Positions 53,257-64,000 of a stretch of 64,000 nucleotides of DNA are shown piece after piece. Location of the stretch: contig NIVC01000353.1 in NCBI GenBank assembly GCA_002269645.1, positions 496,001 to 560,000 on the forward strand. The letters are read 5' to 3'. A program made the translations under genes and the position numbers. Numbering within the stretch: position 1 is the stretch's first letter; the number at the start of each line of letters is the position of its first letter. This stretch comes from Macrostomum lignano. Lineage: Eukaryota. The notes beneath the pieces were generated by a model, which was given only the letters and a program-made list of their open reading frames with translations, was not told where the DNA came from and searched no databases.

Positions 53257-56200
53257 TCACTTCCACACCCGGCAGGTGTTGTCCTTGCTGCCAGTAATAA
53301 TCGTATTGCCTTCGTAGTTGAAAGCGCAGCTAAATATTTCGTCAGTGTGTCCCTCCAGAGCTTGAGTCTGCTTACCGGTCTCGCAGTCCCACAGTCTGGC
53401 AGTTTTATCAGCTGACGCAGTCAGCAGCCTGGTGCCCTGCGGATTGAAGCACACCTTGCTGACTTCGCCTTCGTGGCCTTCAAGTTTGCATAGCAACCGG
53501 AAGCTGCCGCGGATGTCCCAGCAGCGGCCGGTGGCATCCGCGCTGGCCGAGGCGAGGCGGTGACCGGGCAAGTCGAAGGCCACGTCCAGCACCTCGTCCT
53601 CGTGACCGCCCAGGGTCTGCATGACTCGGCCTTGGCGGACGTCCCACACCTGACATTTGGGGGTGAGATGGAAGTAGGATTTGAGGATAAGAAAGGAAGT
53701 GAGATAGAGGTGAGATTGGAGATGAAGATGAAGGTGAGATTTGAGGTGGGTTGGAAGTGAGATTGGAGATTAGATAGGAGATGAAATGCAGGTAAGATTG
53801 GAGATGAGATGCAGGTGAGATTGGAGCTGAGATGCAGGTGAGATTGGATATGAGATGCAGGTGAGATTGGATATGAGATGCAGGTGAGATTGGAGATGAG
53901 ATGCAGGTGAGGTTAGAGATGAGAAGCAGAAAAGATTTTGGGTAAGACGGGAGGTGCGATTTTTTAAGTTTAGAGATACGATGCAGATGAGATTTGGGTT
54001 GACATAAAGTTGAGATTGGAGATGAGATGGAGGTGAGATTAGATATGAGATTGAGATACGATTGGAGATGAGATGCAGATAAGATTTGGAGTGAGACGGG
54101 GGTGAGATTGGCGATAAGATGGAGGTGAGATTTGGGTGAGATTGGAGATGAGATATAGGTGAGAGTGGAGAAGAGATTGGAGGTGAGATTGGAGATGAAA
54201 TGGGGTGATATTGGAGATGAGATGGAGGTGAGATTGGAGATGAGATGGAGATGAGATTTGGAGTGAGACGGAGGTGAGATTGGCGATGAGATGGAGGTGA
54301 GATTGGAGATGAGATGGAGGTGAGATTTGGGTGAGATTGGAGATGAGATATAGGTGAGATTGGAGAAGAGAATCTCGGAGGTGAGATTGAAGATGAGATG
54401 GAGGTGAGATTGGAAATGAAATGCGGGATGAGATTTAGAATTGATTTACCTTTGTTGCCCACCTGTCCGCTATATGACCCCTATCCCTCACAGCAGCCCC
54501 CACATCGAACATGTGGAACTCACCTTGACTTTCTTATCCATAGACGCGGTAGCAACCAGAGTGGCATCCCAGTTGAACACGGCGGCGGAGATCTCAGCTG
54601 TATGACTGACCAACTGTTGAGTTCGTTTGCCGCTGCGCGAGTCCCACAGGCAGACTGTGTGATCAAAACTAGCCGTTAGAACGTCCGAACCTTGCTGACT
54701 AAACTGCATGCCGATCACTTCGGCTGTGTGCCCGTTCAATGTGCACAGCTCCACCCCGGTCTCAACGTCCCACAGCTTAGCTTGGGTATCCATTGAGCCA
54801 GTGCCCAGCATAGTAGAGGTGGGATTAAACTGCAGAGTGACAATCTCGGCCGTGTGACCGCGAAACGTGTGATGCAGTGTGCCCCTCTCGGCAGACCACA
54901 GTTTGGCAGTTTTATCAAAACTACCAGTGCCAATCTTGTCAGAGTAGGGCAGGTTGAAGGCGATGGCGTAAACTACATTGCGATGACCTTCTAGTGTGAA
55001 TTTCTCCTCGCCAGATCCGGTGTCCCACACTTTGCAGGTTCGATCGTAGGAGCCGGTGATGAACTCCGTGCCGTTCTTGTTGAAGGCTACGTTTGTCAAT
55101 GGCAGGATGTGGGCTCGCAGCACCTGGACATTGCGGTTGGAAAAATTGATTGTAGGTTGAATTGTTTGCTTTCGGTGTTTAGCTTCTAATAAGATGGATT
55201 GGCTCAGATTAATGCAAAAGTGTCTGCCATTCTGTCTGCCTTCTGTCCGCCATTGTGTCTGTCTTCTGTCTGCCATTGTGTCTGCCTTCTGTCTGCCATT
55301 GTGTCTGTCTTCTGTCTGCCTTCTGTCTGCCTTCTGTCCGCCATTGTGTCTGTCTTCTGTCTGCCATTGTGTCTGCCATTGTGTCTGTCTTCTGTCTGTC
55401 TTCTGTCTGCCTTCTGTCTGCCTTCTGTCTGCCATTGTGTCTGCCTTCTGTCTGTCATTGTGTCTGTCTTCTGTCTGCACCATTGTGTCTGCCTTCTGTC
55501 TGACATTGTGTCTGCCTTCTGTCTGCCATTGTGTCTGCCTTCTGTCTGTCATTGTGTCTGTCTTCTGTCTGCCTTCTGTCTGCCATTGTGTCTGCCTTCT
55601 GTCTGCCATTCTGTCTGCCATTGTGTCTGTCTTCTGTCTGCCATTGTGACTGACTTCTGTCTGCCATTGTGTCTGTCTTCTGTTTGCCATTGTGTCTGTC
55701 TTCTGTTTGCCATTGTGTCTGTCTTCTGTCTGACATTGTGTCTGTCTTCTGTCTGACATTGTGTCTGCCTTCTGTCTATCATTGTGTCTGTCTTGAAGGG
55801 GTATCAGCCGCCAGCCGGCCTCACCTTGAACAGGGAGAACTGGCTGTCATAGACCTCGGCCAGTTTTTTCTGCAGTTTGCCAACCAACTCGCGCAGCTGA
55901 GGAACCCGCTTGTCCGTGATGAGCGGCTCCTTGCGGACAATCTCCTCTATGATGCTGTCTACATTGGAACTGAAACAAAAGAATAATGAAATTGATATAT
56001 TTTAGTAATTATTCTGCAGGCAAAAAAGTTAAAATTGGTACTCACTGAGGCGTTAGATCGAGCAAATCAAGCGCTTTGGTTTTCAGCTGACCACCTTGTT
56101 CATATTCAAGAATAATTCCTACAAAACCGGATTTTTTATGTAAGTTAAATATTATCTAAACTTAAACAAGTAGTCATAACATGCAGACTTGCAAAGAAAT

Positions 56201-59200
56201 ATTTTATCATAAATAGATTAATCAGGTAGAAATGGAAAAGTATGTGGCATTTTGGAAAATTGGTTATTTTAGGGCAATGGTCGCCAAGGGAACAAAGAAG
56301 AGGAGGACCAGAGGAGAGGAGAGAGGAGGAAGAGAAGAGGAGAGGAGAGAGGAGGAAGAGAAGAGGAGAGGAAAGAGGAGGAAGAGAAGAGGAGAGGAAA
56401 GAGGAGGAAGAGAAGAGGAGAGGAAAGAGGAGGAAGAGAAGAGGAGAGGAAAGAGGAGGAAGAGAAGAGGAGAGGAAAGAGGAGGAAGAGAAGAGGAGAG
56501 GAAAGAGGAGGAAGAGAAGAGGAGAGGAAAGAGGAGGAAGAGAAGAGGAGAGGAGAGAGGAGGAAGAGAAGAGGAGAGGAAAGAGGAGGAAGAGAAGAGG
56601 AGAGGAAAGAGGAGGAAGAGAAGAGGAGAGGAAAGAGGAGGAAGAGAAGAGGAGAGGAGAGAGGAGGAAGAGAAGAGGAGAGGAAAGAGGAGGAAGAGAA
56701 GAGGAGAGGAAAGAGGAGGAAGAGAAGAGGAGAGGAAAGAGGAGGAAGAGAAGAGGAGAGGAAAGAGGAGGAAGAGAAGAGGAGAGGAGAGAGGAGGAAG
56801 AGAAGAGGAGAGGAAAGAGGAGGAAGAGAAGAGGAGAGGAAAGAGGAGGAAGAGAAGAGGAGAGGAAAGAGGAGGAAGAGAAGAGGAGAGGAGAGAGGAG
56901 GAAGAGAAGAGGAGAGGAGAGAGGAGGAAGAGAAGAGGAGAGGAGAGAGGAGGAAGAGAAGAGGAGAGGAGAGAGGAGGAAGAGAAGAGGAGAGGAGAGA
57001 GGAGGAAGAGAAGAGGAGAGAAAAGAGGAGGAAGAGAAGAGGAGAGGAAAGAGGAGGAAGAGAAGAGGAGAGGAGAGAGGAGGAAGAGAAGAGGAGAGGA
57101 AAGAGGAGGAAGAGAAGAGGAGAGGAGAGAGGAGGGAAGGGAGGGGAGGAAGGAGAGGAAAGAGGGAAGGGAGGGGAGGAAGGAGAGGAGAGAGGAGGGA
57201 AGGGAGGGGAGGAAGGAGAGGAAAGAGGGAAGGGAGGGGAGGAAGGAGAGGAGAGAGGAGGGAAGGGAGGGGAGGAAGGAGAGGAAAGAGGAGGGAAGGG
57301 AGGGGAGGAAGGAGAGGAGAGAGGAGGGAAGGGAGGGGAGGAAGGAGAGGAGAGAGGAGGGAAGGGAGGGGAGGAAGGAGAGGAAAAGAAGAGGAGAAGA
57401 GAAGAGAAAGGTGATCGAAGAGATCTAAGAAGAGACAAAAACACAGAGGCCCACATTTCTATATTGAAGTTTCAAAGAACACGAGGGCCAGATAGAGAGG
57501 CTTTGCGGGCCACATGTGGTCCATGGGCTGGAGTTTGCCAGCCAGTGTTTTAGGAGGATTCATTAGGTTATTAGATTAGTGTCTTAGAATTTCCAAATAC
57601 TAACCATGTATATAGCAAATAGTATTGCACTTGTAGAAAATTTGCATATTGGCAATCAAAATGATACTAATCTATGGTAATAATAGTATAAAAATATAGT
57701 CTATATTAACCATTGTTCTAAATCAAACAGTAGCGCAACCAGAAATTTTTCAAGGGGGGGGGCGGATTCTGAGGGTAAAGTCCCGGGAGGGGGGGCGGCG
57801 GAGGGGTGGCTCTGTTTTTGGCGAAAATTCGCTTGGTCCCCCTTTGATTTTTTTTCGGTCCCCCGCCTAAGGGGGGGGGCGACCGCCCCCCCCCCGCCCC
57901 CCCCCTGGTTGCGCCACTGAAATCAAACAAAGTGCTTACAAATTTTTGCTTCATTGCATGTATATAATTAAAACAAAACTATGTAATAATTCATTTTGTT
58001 TTAACAAATAAAAAATAGAACATAGTGTGGTGTTTTAAATAGCCATAAATTTTCCTAGCTTAAAAAAGCTTCTTTAGCTGGTGCCAATTGCAGTTTCTTT
58101 ATTTAATTTATTTTGTTTTTTCTTACTTTTTTTCTAAAAATTAGCATTGTGAATCCATGTGTCATAAACTTGATTTTTAATGCTCCATTTTTCTTAAAGC
58201 CTCCTAGGCTCCTAAAGCCCTAAAGCCTTCTAAAGCCTTACTACTCAATCTGAGCACAATGTGCCTGCAATTTCTCAACAACCGCTGCCTTTTTTAAGAC
58301 ATGCCATGTGTTATCCCATCCTAAATTTCCTTATTTATGAGCCAAAATCTACATCCCCTAAAACTCTTAACTTTTTAAATACAAACATCTCAGTCATGAA
58401 TCCTTTAATTCTTATTTATCCCTAAATTTTTCTTTTCATTTATGAGCCACAATACCAATACTCAAATATTGACTTACTCAAAATCTTTGCCCTTATATCA
58501 AAGTGATTATTTGGTATTCAAATTATCAAGTTTCCAATTCTGATTTGAACTATATATTTGGAATGCTTCTAGGAAAGGTATCCACACGTTTTGGTGCCTA
58601 TGCTTTTCGGTGCCTGGCATCTTGGTGCCCCAGTTTCCCCAGTTTGCTTTCCAGTGCCTAAATTATAAAGTGGAATTGGTCACAAAAAAATAGAAAGGTG
58701 AGCCCTAATAATTAGCAATAAGTGCTTTGCAATACTTCTTTCAATAAGGTGTTTCCATTATTCTTCCTTTTGTTAAGCTGACCTGCTGTTTTAATTTTAA
58801 AGAAAGTCTCTCATTTCCTCTAAATTTTGTCTCCACTCAATTTCCCAAGAAAAACTTGATCATGCATGTGACTAAAGAAATCAATACTAAAATGGATTTG
58901 TCACACTTCATAATTTCTATCAAAATTATACATGTAACATAGTTGATAGATTTCATCTTTACCTAACTAAGTCTTCTTAATCTTAACATGCATGCTAAGT
59001 GCAGCCTTGTATATACAGGATATAGCAAATGCTTGCAATTAAATCAAATGGATTTTTTAAGTTTAAGAAACACATCAGTTTAACAAAATGGGTACTTCTT
59101 TCTTTAGGAAGAAAAAAAATTTTGTCAAGTATTTATTATATTTATCATCAGATTACTTTTTTATTACAAGTATTTAGGCATCATAAACTGAGACACCAAA

Positions 59201-60002
59201 AACCAAACTGGGGCACCAAAATGCTGGGCACCAAAAAGCACATCACCAAAAAGCATGGAAACACTAGGGAATAGTCCAATTGGAGCATATAATACATGCC
59301 TGATATAGCATCCCTTGTAGGATGCTCGGCATGCAAATTGTTTTATGCTTCGTGCACTTGGCCCACAAAGTGTGTGATGCTTGGCATGCATACATGGACT
59401 TGAGAATTTATTTCAATAAGGTGTTAAAGGTTATATAAAGAAAACAGTTGCCACTATAAATTTGTGCAAAATGATATTGTTTGGATCATCAAAAAAAGAT
59501 ATAATGAAAATTAACACTACTTTTTGGACAGCCCTTCTAAAAAATTAAATACCAAAAGGGTTACTATAACTTTAAAATGCTTAACTCATTAAGTGACATT
59601 ACATATGTATGGCTCAATACAAGCCATTTCCCATATTTTGAAAGTTAAGCTCAATATTATGATTCTTTTGTTATTTTAAACCGCGATTATCAGATATTTT
59701 GCATAACTAGCTAAGCAACATATTGTCATGGTAGGCCTACCGCCTAAAATCAATCAACTCACTGACATTAACAATAACATATCGTAGTCAAACTTGGTAA
59801 AATGTGCAAATTTTTGTAAGTACTATAATTACTAGCTAAACATATTAGTAGACTAAATAAAAACAGCATTAATAATTGCCTACACATTATTAGACAGATA
59901 AGGAGCGAGACCTCTGTGCCAGAAAATAATCTATCAGATAAGCGATGATTCAAAAAACGTACCTGGAGGGAAATATCTCAAAAGAAACCTTTTAAGTTTC
60001 AT
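53257..60002 (-). CDS. DAW1: Dynein assembly factor with WD40 repeats (DAW1/WDR69/ODA16), 416 aa; exons 60002-59963, 56118-56046, 55969-55825, 55123-54524, 53649-53257
   Basis: [13 protein letters not shown]|[47 protein letters not shown] and [13 protein letters not shown] match DAW1; all phases consistent (1251 nt). Confidence 0.97.
53660..54430. repeat. 23-bp minisatellite (GAGATGAGATGCAGGTGAGATTG)n in DAW1 intron 4
   Basis: Read directly; degenerate. Confidence 0.92.
55215..55795. repeat. 23-bp minisatellite (CTGCCATTGTGTCTGTCTTCTGT)n in DAW1 intron 3
   Basis: Read directly. Confidence 0.94.
56295..57410. repeat. 26-bp pure-purine minisatellite (GAGGAGGAAGAGAAGAGGAGAGGAAA)n in DAW1 intron 1
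   Basis: Read directly. Confidence 0.96.
57728..57919. mobile_element. hAT-type MITE, 192 bp
   Basis: 15-bp TIRs CAGTAGCGCAACCAG / CTGGTTGCGCCACTG (1 mismatch); exact 8-bp TSD AAATCAAA at 57720-57727 and 57920-57927. Confidence 0.9.
58580..59260. mobile_element. Non-autonomous inverted-repeat element with TTGGTGCC sub-repeats
   Basis: 58580-58663 is the reverse complement of 59172-59260 (AAACTGGGGCACCAA.ATGC..GGCACC.AAAAGCA); AT-rich interior; no TSD identified. Confidence 0.65.
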
Positions 60003-61484
60003 TTTATAGATTTCAACGCCGCAGAAAGTAGAAAATGAAATACAATTACTAGTCAACCTCCACTACTACAATACAACAGAGTCTTTTCCGCCTACAGCTA
60101 GCGCTATACTTACCCTGTTGCACTAAAAAAATTCTTTCTGAATGCGCTGTTCAAAATTTACAGACTCATTTTTACTTTATTATCAAAGCGTTTAAAAGTA
60201 AACGTTTATAGAAGGCTTTATTAAAAAACTTTTCTAAAAGCAGAAACACAAAATACTATCGTTATTTGCTGCAAAAAAATTACATTTGTTAAAATCGAAT
60301 TTATAATTACGGTTTTAATTGCCTCGATGTCGATTTCGACGTACATGTACTTTGATAATTGATACATTTTATTAAGTTGACTTAAAATATTAGCGATGTT
60401 ACCACCGGAGAGAAATTGGGAAAGGAGACTGCCAATGCCAGTGTTTTGTCCCTCGCGCCCCACCCATCACCTAACAGCAGTCATTCATTCCACTAACAGT
60501 CCACTAACAGTCCACTAACAGTTCCCTAACAGTCAGTCATTCCACTGCAGGAAAAATACGCGACTAGACCATGGGTCCACGGTGGCATGGACTCGACTAG
60601 TCATGGCTCCATGGACTCGAGAAATCTGAGCAATTTTCGTTTCATTTTAATTTCGGCGCTATTATTAAATTTAATATAGCTCTATACTATAGAAGGGGCT
60701 TAGCACCTGCTAACTAGTGTCTTTGCTGTCATTCTCGAAGTCATAGCCGATTGATGAAGAGATACTGCTGGGACTTGATCGCATTGCATGGCCATGCAGG
60801 GACAGAGGGGACTTGTGCAGGGGTAGTCAGCGAGCCTATGGGTACCTATATGTATGTACTATTACATGTACATGTACATGGATAAATAAGAAAGATTGTG
60901 ATGAGGACGCACCTTTTTTTAATCTTAGAACCGCACATTTTGCTTCGATGCGCTTTTCCCCTGCTGTCAGTAGGCTAGCTTAGGAATTTCTCTCCATTCT
61001 CTCATCTAGGCTAAGTTCTATACTATTTTATGCTATTACTATTAGTTATGTTAGAAACTCAATGTACTTCTCTTAGGATTCTAATTTTGGATTTTTTACG
61101 CACATTTGAAGGTCAGACTGTCTGGGTTTGAGATGGATTGACCTCAAACAGTCTAGACAGGCGACACTAAGTCTGGAAGGAACGTTTTCAACCTCGTTCT
61201 TAACCCCAGATTTGTGGCTTTTTTTACTGTTTTCGAGGATTTATGGCCGTCTAGCTGTCACTTTTGGCTCCAGCTTGTCTGGGTCAAAGAGATCTTTCCA
61301 GCTTTCTCCCCACTCGCTCTGTTGCTTTCTCCTTTGATTTATGGGCGTTTTGCTGTCACTTTTGGCGCCAGGATGTCTAGACAAGTGACATTTATTATGT
61401 TTTGCTTATGATTTATGACCGCACCTGTCAACTTCCCTGGGGTCTGAAGGCCACCTGGTGGGGTAGGTTTTGAGGTCTTGAGCT

Positions 61485-61625
61485 CAGCCAATCAGAGTCG
61501 ACCTAACTGCCTCCGGCTCGACCAATCAGAAATTTCGGCGCCTATTTTAACAAAAGCTCTCAGCCAATCAGTAAATTCGGCGTGCGGTATAACAAATCGG
61601 CCGCGCGCGCGAGAGCTATAAAAGG
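61485..61625 (+). promoter_or_regulatory. Pol II promoter-like module: three CCAATCAG boxes and TATAAAA
   Basis: CCAAT at 61488, 61522 and 61564; TTCGGCG after boxes 2 and 3; TATAAAA at 61617-61623. Confidence 0.6.
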
Positions 61626-62522
61626 CGGCAACTCGACCCGCGCTCGAGTAACCGGCTGCTTTCCCGACCCTTCGAGTGTTTCCGGACTTGCTGGTATCTT
61701 GTTCTGGCTGCCCCTTCGGCATCTGAGCCCCCTTCCCCCGGCAGCTTCAGCTTCAGCAGCTAAGTTTTCCCTCGGGAGGCGTCACCAGTCTTTCCCGGCC
61801 GCGAACCGAAAGCAGCACCGACCTTCGGCAAGTAAAGAGTAGCGGCGGCGATCGTCAGTCAAGATCAGCAGCAGCATCCCGTCTGAGCGCTTCGGTCTCT
61901 GTGGATTCCTTGGCTACCGGCAGATAGGTCCTCTGATTGGTTTGGTGAGAGGCTCTCCTTGACCCGCTTAACTGGGTGCACCCTTTGACTGACCCCTCCC
62001 TAGGTGATAAGGATTTGCGCTTTTGCTTACTTGCTTTTGTGTGCCAATCTCGAGGCAGAAGTGTCAGTTAATATTAAAAGTAGCAATTTGCTCTAACTCA
62101 ATCTAAAGTGTTTAGGATTGCGGATTAAGTGAGAAAGTTAAATCTGGAAGTTAAAGACTTAGCGTTTTCTTTCTTTTTCGCAATGCCAGCTGAGATGAGC
62201 GGCTAAATCTAGAGGCAGAGGTCACGGTGGACCGGAAGCGGCACAGTTCCCAGTCAATCAGACAATCTAAGAAATCATTATGTTAAGCATGCACATTAAG
62301 TGCCAGACTGGCGCTTTGGCGCGGTCACAGGCAGTTAAGCGGCTAAAGTAAGTTAAATATTAGTCTAACGATCTCCGAAAGTGACAATGCATCTACATCA
62401 TCGCTATCCGTCGACGTGTTAACACATTTAGTGCCAAAAGCGTGCAGTTACGTGTACTTATACATGTACACGTATAGGATATTCCTAAGCTAGTGAGAAA
62501 TTCCTAAGCCAGCCTACTGAGA

Positions 62523-62569
62523 ATTTCATTACCAAATTCCCAGATCTTCTGGGAATTTGGTAATGAAAT
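62523..62569. other. Perfect 22-bp hairpin with a 3-nt loop
   Basis: ATTTCATTACCAAATTCCCAGA-TCT-TCTGGGAATTTGGTAATGAAAT. Confidence 0.9.
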
Positions 62570-64000
62570 AGTACATTTAGTAGTGTATGAAGGCTCGCCA
62601 GCGCAAGAACCCCCTGCAGAAGTCCTCTCTGTCCCTGCATGGCCAATGCGATCTTAGTCCCAGAAGCGTCCCTTCTATTCGGCTATGACTTCGAGATTTA
62701 GAAAGCTAAAAGGCACTATATGGCAGGTGAGTGCAGTGCCCCTCTAGTCGGAAGTCCGATTTCGATAGCTCCGGTTTGGTGAGCCGGGGCGCACGGACTG
62801 GTGGCAGCGAGTTATTTGACCCGCGGGTTAGCTAATTTCTACCTTTCAAATTCTCCCTGCTTGTCTCTCGCTGTCTTCTCCTAGCTATAGGACCTTGCTG
62901 CTCGCCCACAATCTAGCTACCATGGGGCTGACCATCTGACAGGAGTGAGAGGCCAGAGCTCTTAGTGATTCATTTCTGAGTTCTGAGGCCCGAAGCTACA
63001 GGCTTAAAAAGGCCGAACCCATCAATTGTACCAAGGACCACTCCTTGGATTGTACTTCTAGTCTTCAACGTGTTAACCAGCCTCGATTTCGTAGCGCTGA
63101 TGATAGACCAACTCGAACTTTAGAGATCGCATGATTCATTAACCGAGCCGCTTGGCAAATCTATAGAGTGGCATTCGCTAACTGATTTGATAGACTGGTC
63201 GACTGAGAACTGCCTTGCCGTTGGTCCACTGTGACCGGCGCCTGCTAATTTAGCTCCTCATCTGAGCCATCAGCAAAAAATGAATAAAACTGATAAAATA
63301 ACTGTCAGATTTTTAACTTTCTCACTAAAACACTTCGCACTTCAAATTGAATTGGAGTAGTTAGACTACTAACAGTATTATTGAATCATTTCTGCCTCAA
63401 ATACAGCACTGCTTAGCAAAATAAGCAAAAGTGTGCGCCTAATCCAGCTACTGAAATAGAGGACAGATAAGAAATCACCCAATCACCCAAGTGTAGGTAG
63501 CTCCTCAGTAGCTCCTCCCAACCAATCAGAAACTCAAGAGCCGGAGTTTCACAGTGATTCACAGTGACCGAATCGGATTAGTGCCTTCCCAGCTGTAGGC
63601 CTGGGATGATGTCGTCGCGGTCTTCGCAGGTAATCAGCAGATTATGAACTTAGCTTCGATGATGTCGACTGGGGAAGACGTCCTTGATGATGAGGGGAGA
63701 TTTCGCAATCCGAGGATCAAGAAACAACGGTCGAACTAACGCAACTCGAAGGAATCGAGGTACCGGAGGCCGGAGCGGTTTAAGTTAGCGCCAACTGCAC
63801 CGCAGTTTGTTAAAATGGAACACATCGACGCTGATTGGTGGAGCCGATTTGTTAGAACTGATGCCGAATTCTTTTATTGGTACGTGGAGCCTGTTGCCAC
63901 CCGTGATCAAAAGATCACACCAGTTCTCTCGGGATCACAAAAATACGCCAGGTGCTCACATAAATCACTCAAAATGGCTACGTTATGATTTATGGGTTTT

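Larger units (their letters stand above)
60688..62747. mobile_element. 2-kb segment bounded by diverged inverted repeats of about 300 bp
   Basis: 60688-60862 vs 62568-62747 share exact inverted blocks TCTCGAAGTCATAGCCGA and GCCATGCAGGGACAGAG; 60967-60992 vs 62495-62520 also inverted. Confidence 0.65.

Noticed and set aside
56232-57456. About 390-aa Glu/Arg/Lys-rich ORFs
   Set aside because: Pure-purine satellite cannot contain stop codons; lies in DAW1 intron 1
37836-63125. Hammerhead ribozyme cores (CTGATGA at about 37836 and 63097)
   Set aside because: No correctly placed stem II, GAAA and stem III

Overview
Eukaryotic (animal) genomic DNA; no prokaryotic features, no CRISPR. Spliced genes rebuilt by hand from GT-AG sites and reading-frame continuity: one exon of a Cys-loop (nAChR-like) channel (-), a poly-Q C2H2 zinc-finger gene (-), a claudin/PMP22-family gene (+), a LIM locus ending in a PINCH/LIMS homologue (+), an intronless orphan ORF (+), a divergent tetraspanin (-), two tandem GGACT-like paralogues (-) and DAW1/ODA16 (-). 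Also tRNA-Asp(GTC), two tRNA-headed SINE copies, a decayed non-LTR RT fragment, an hAT-type MITE with an 8-bp TSD and two inverted-repeat elements. A large share of the window is more than 30 mini/microsatellite arrays, and almost all long ORFs in the supplied track are artefacts of them. GC-rich Ala/Gln/Ser-rich exons with minisatellite-packed introns resemble the flatworm Macrostomum (inference, unverified). Main leads: the commonest minisatellite unit resembles the TIR of the hAT MITE in this window; every intron over about 250 bp holds an array while the 76-82 bp introns hold none; unit lengths cluster at 20-23 and 30-33 bp; four co-oriented minus-strand genes may form a trans-spliced operon.
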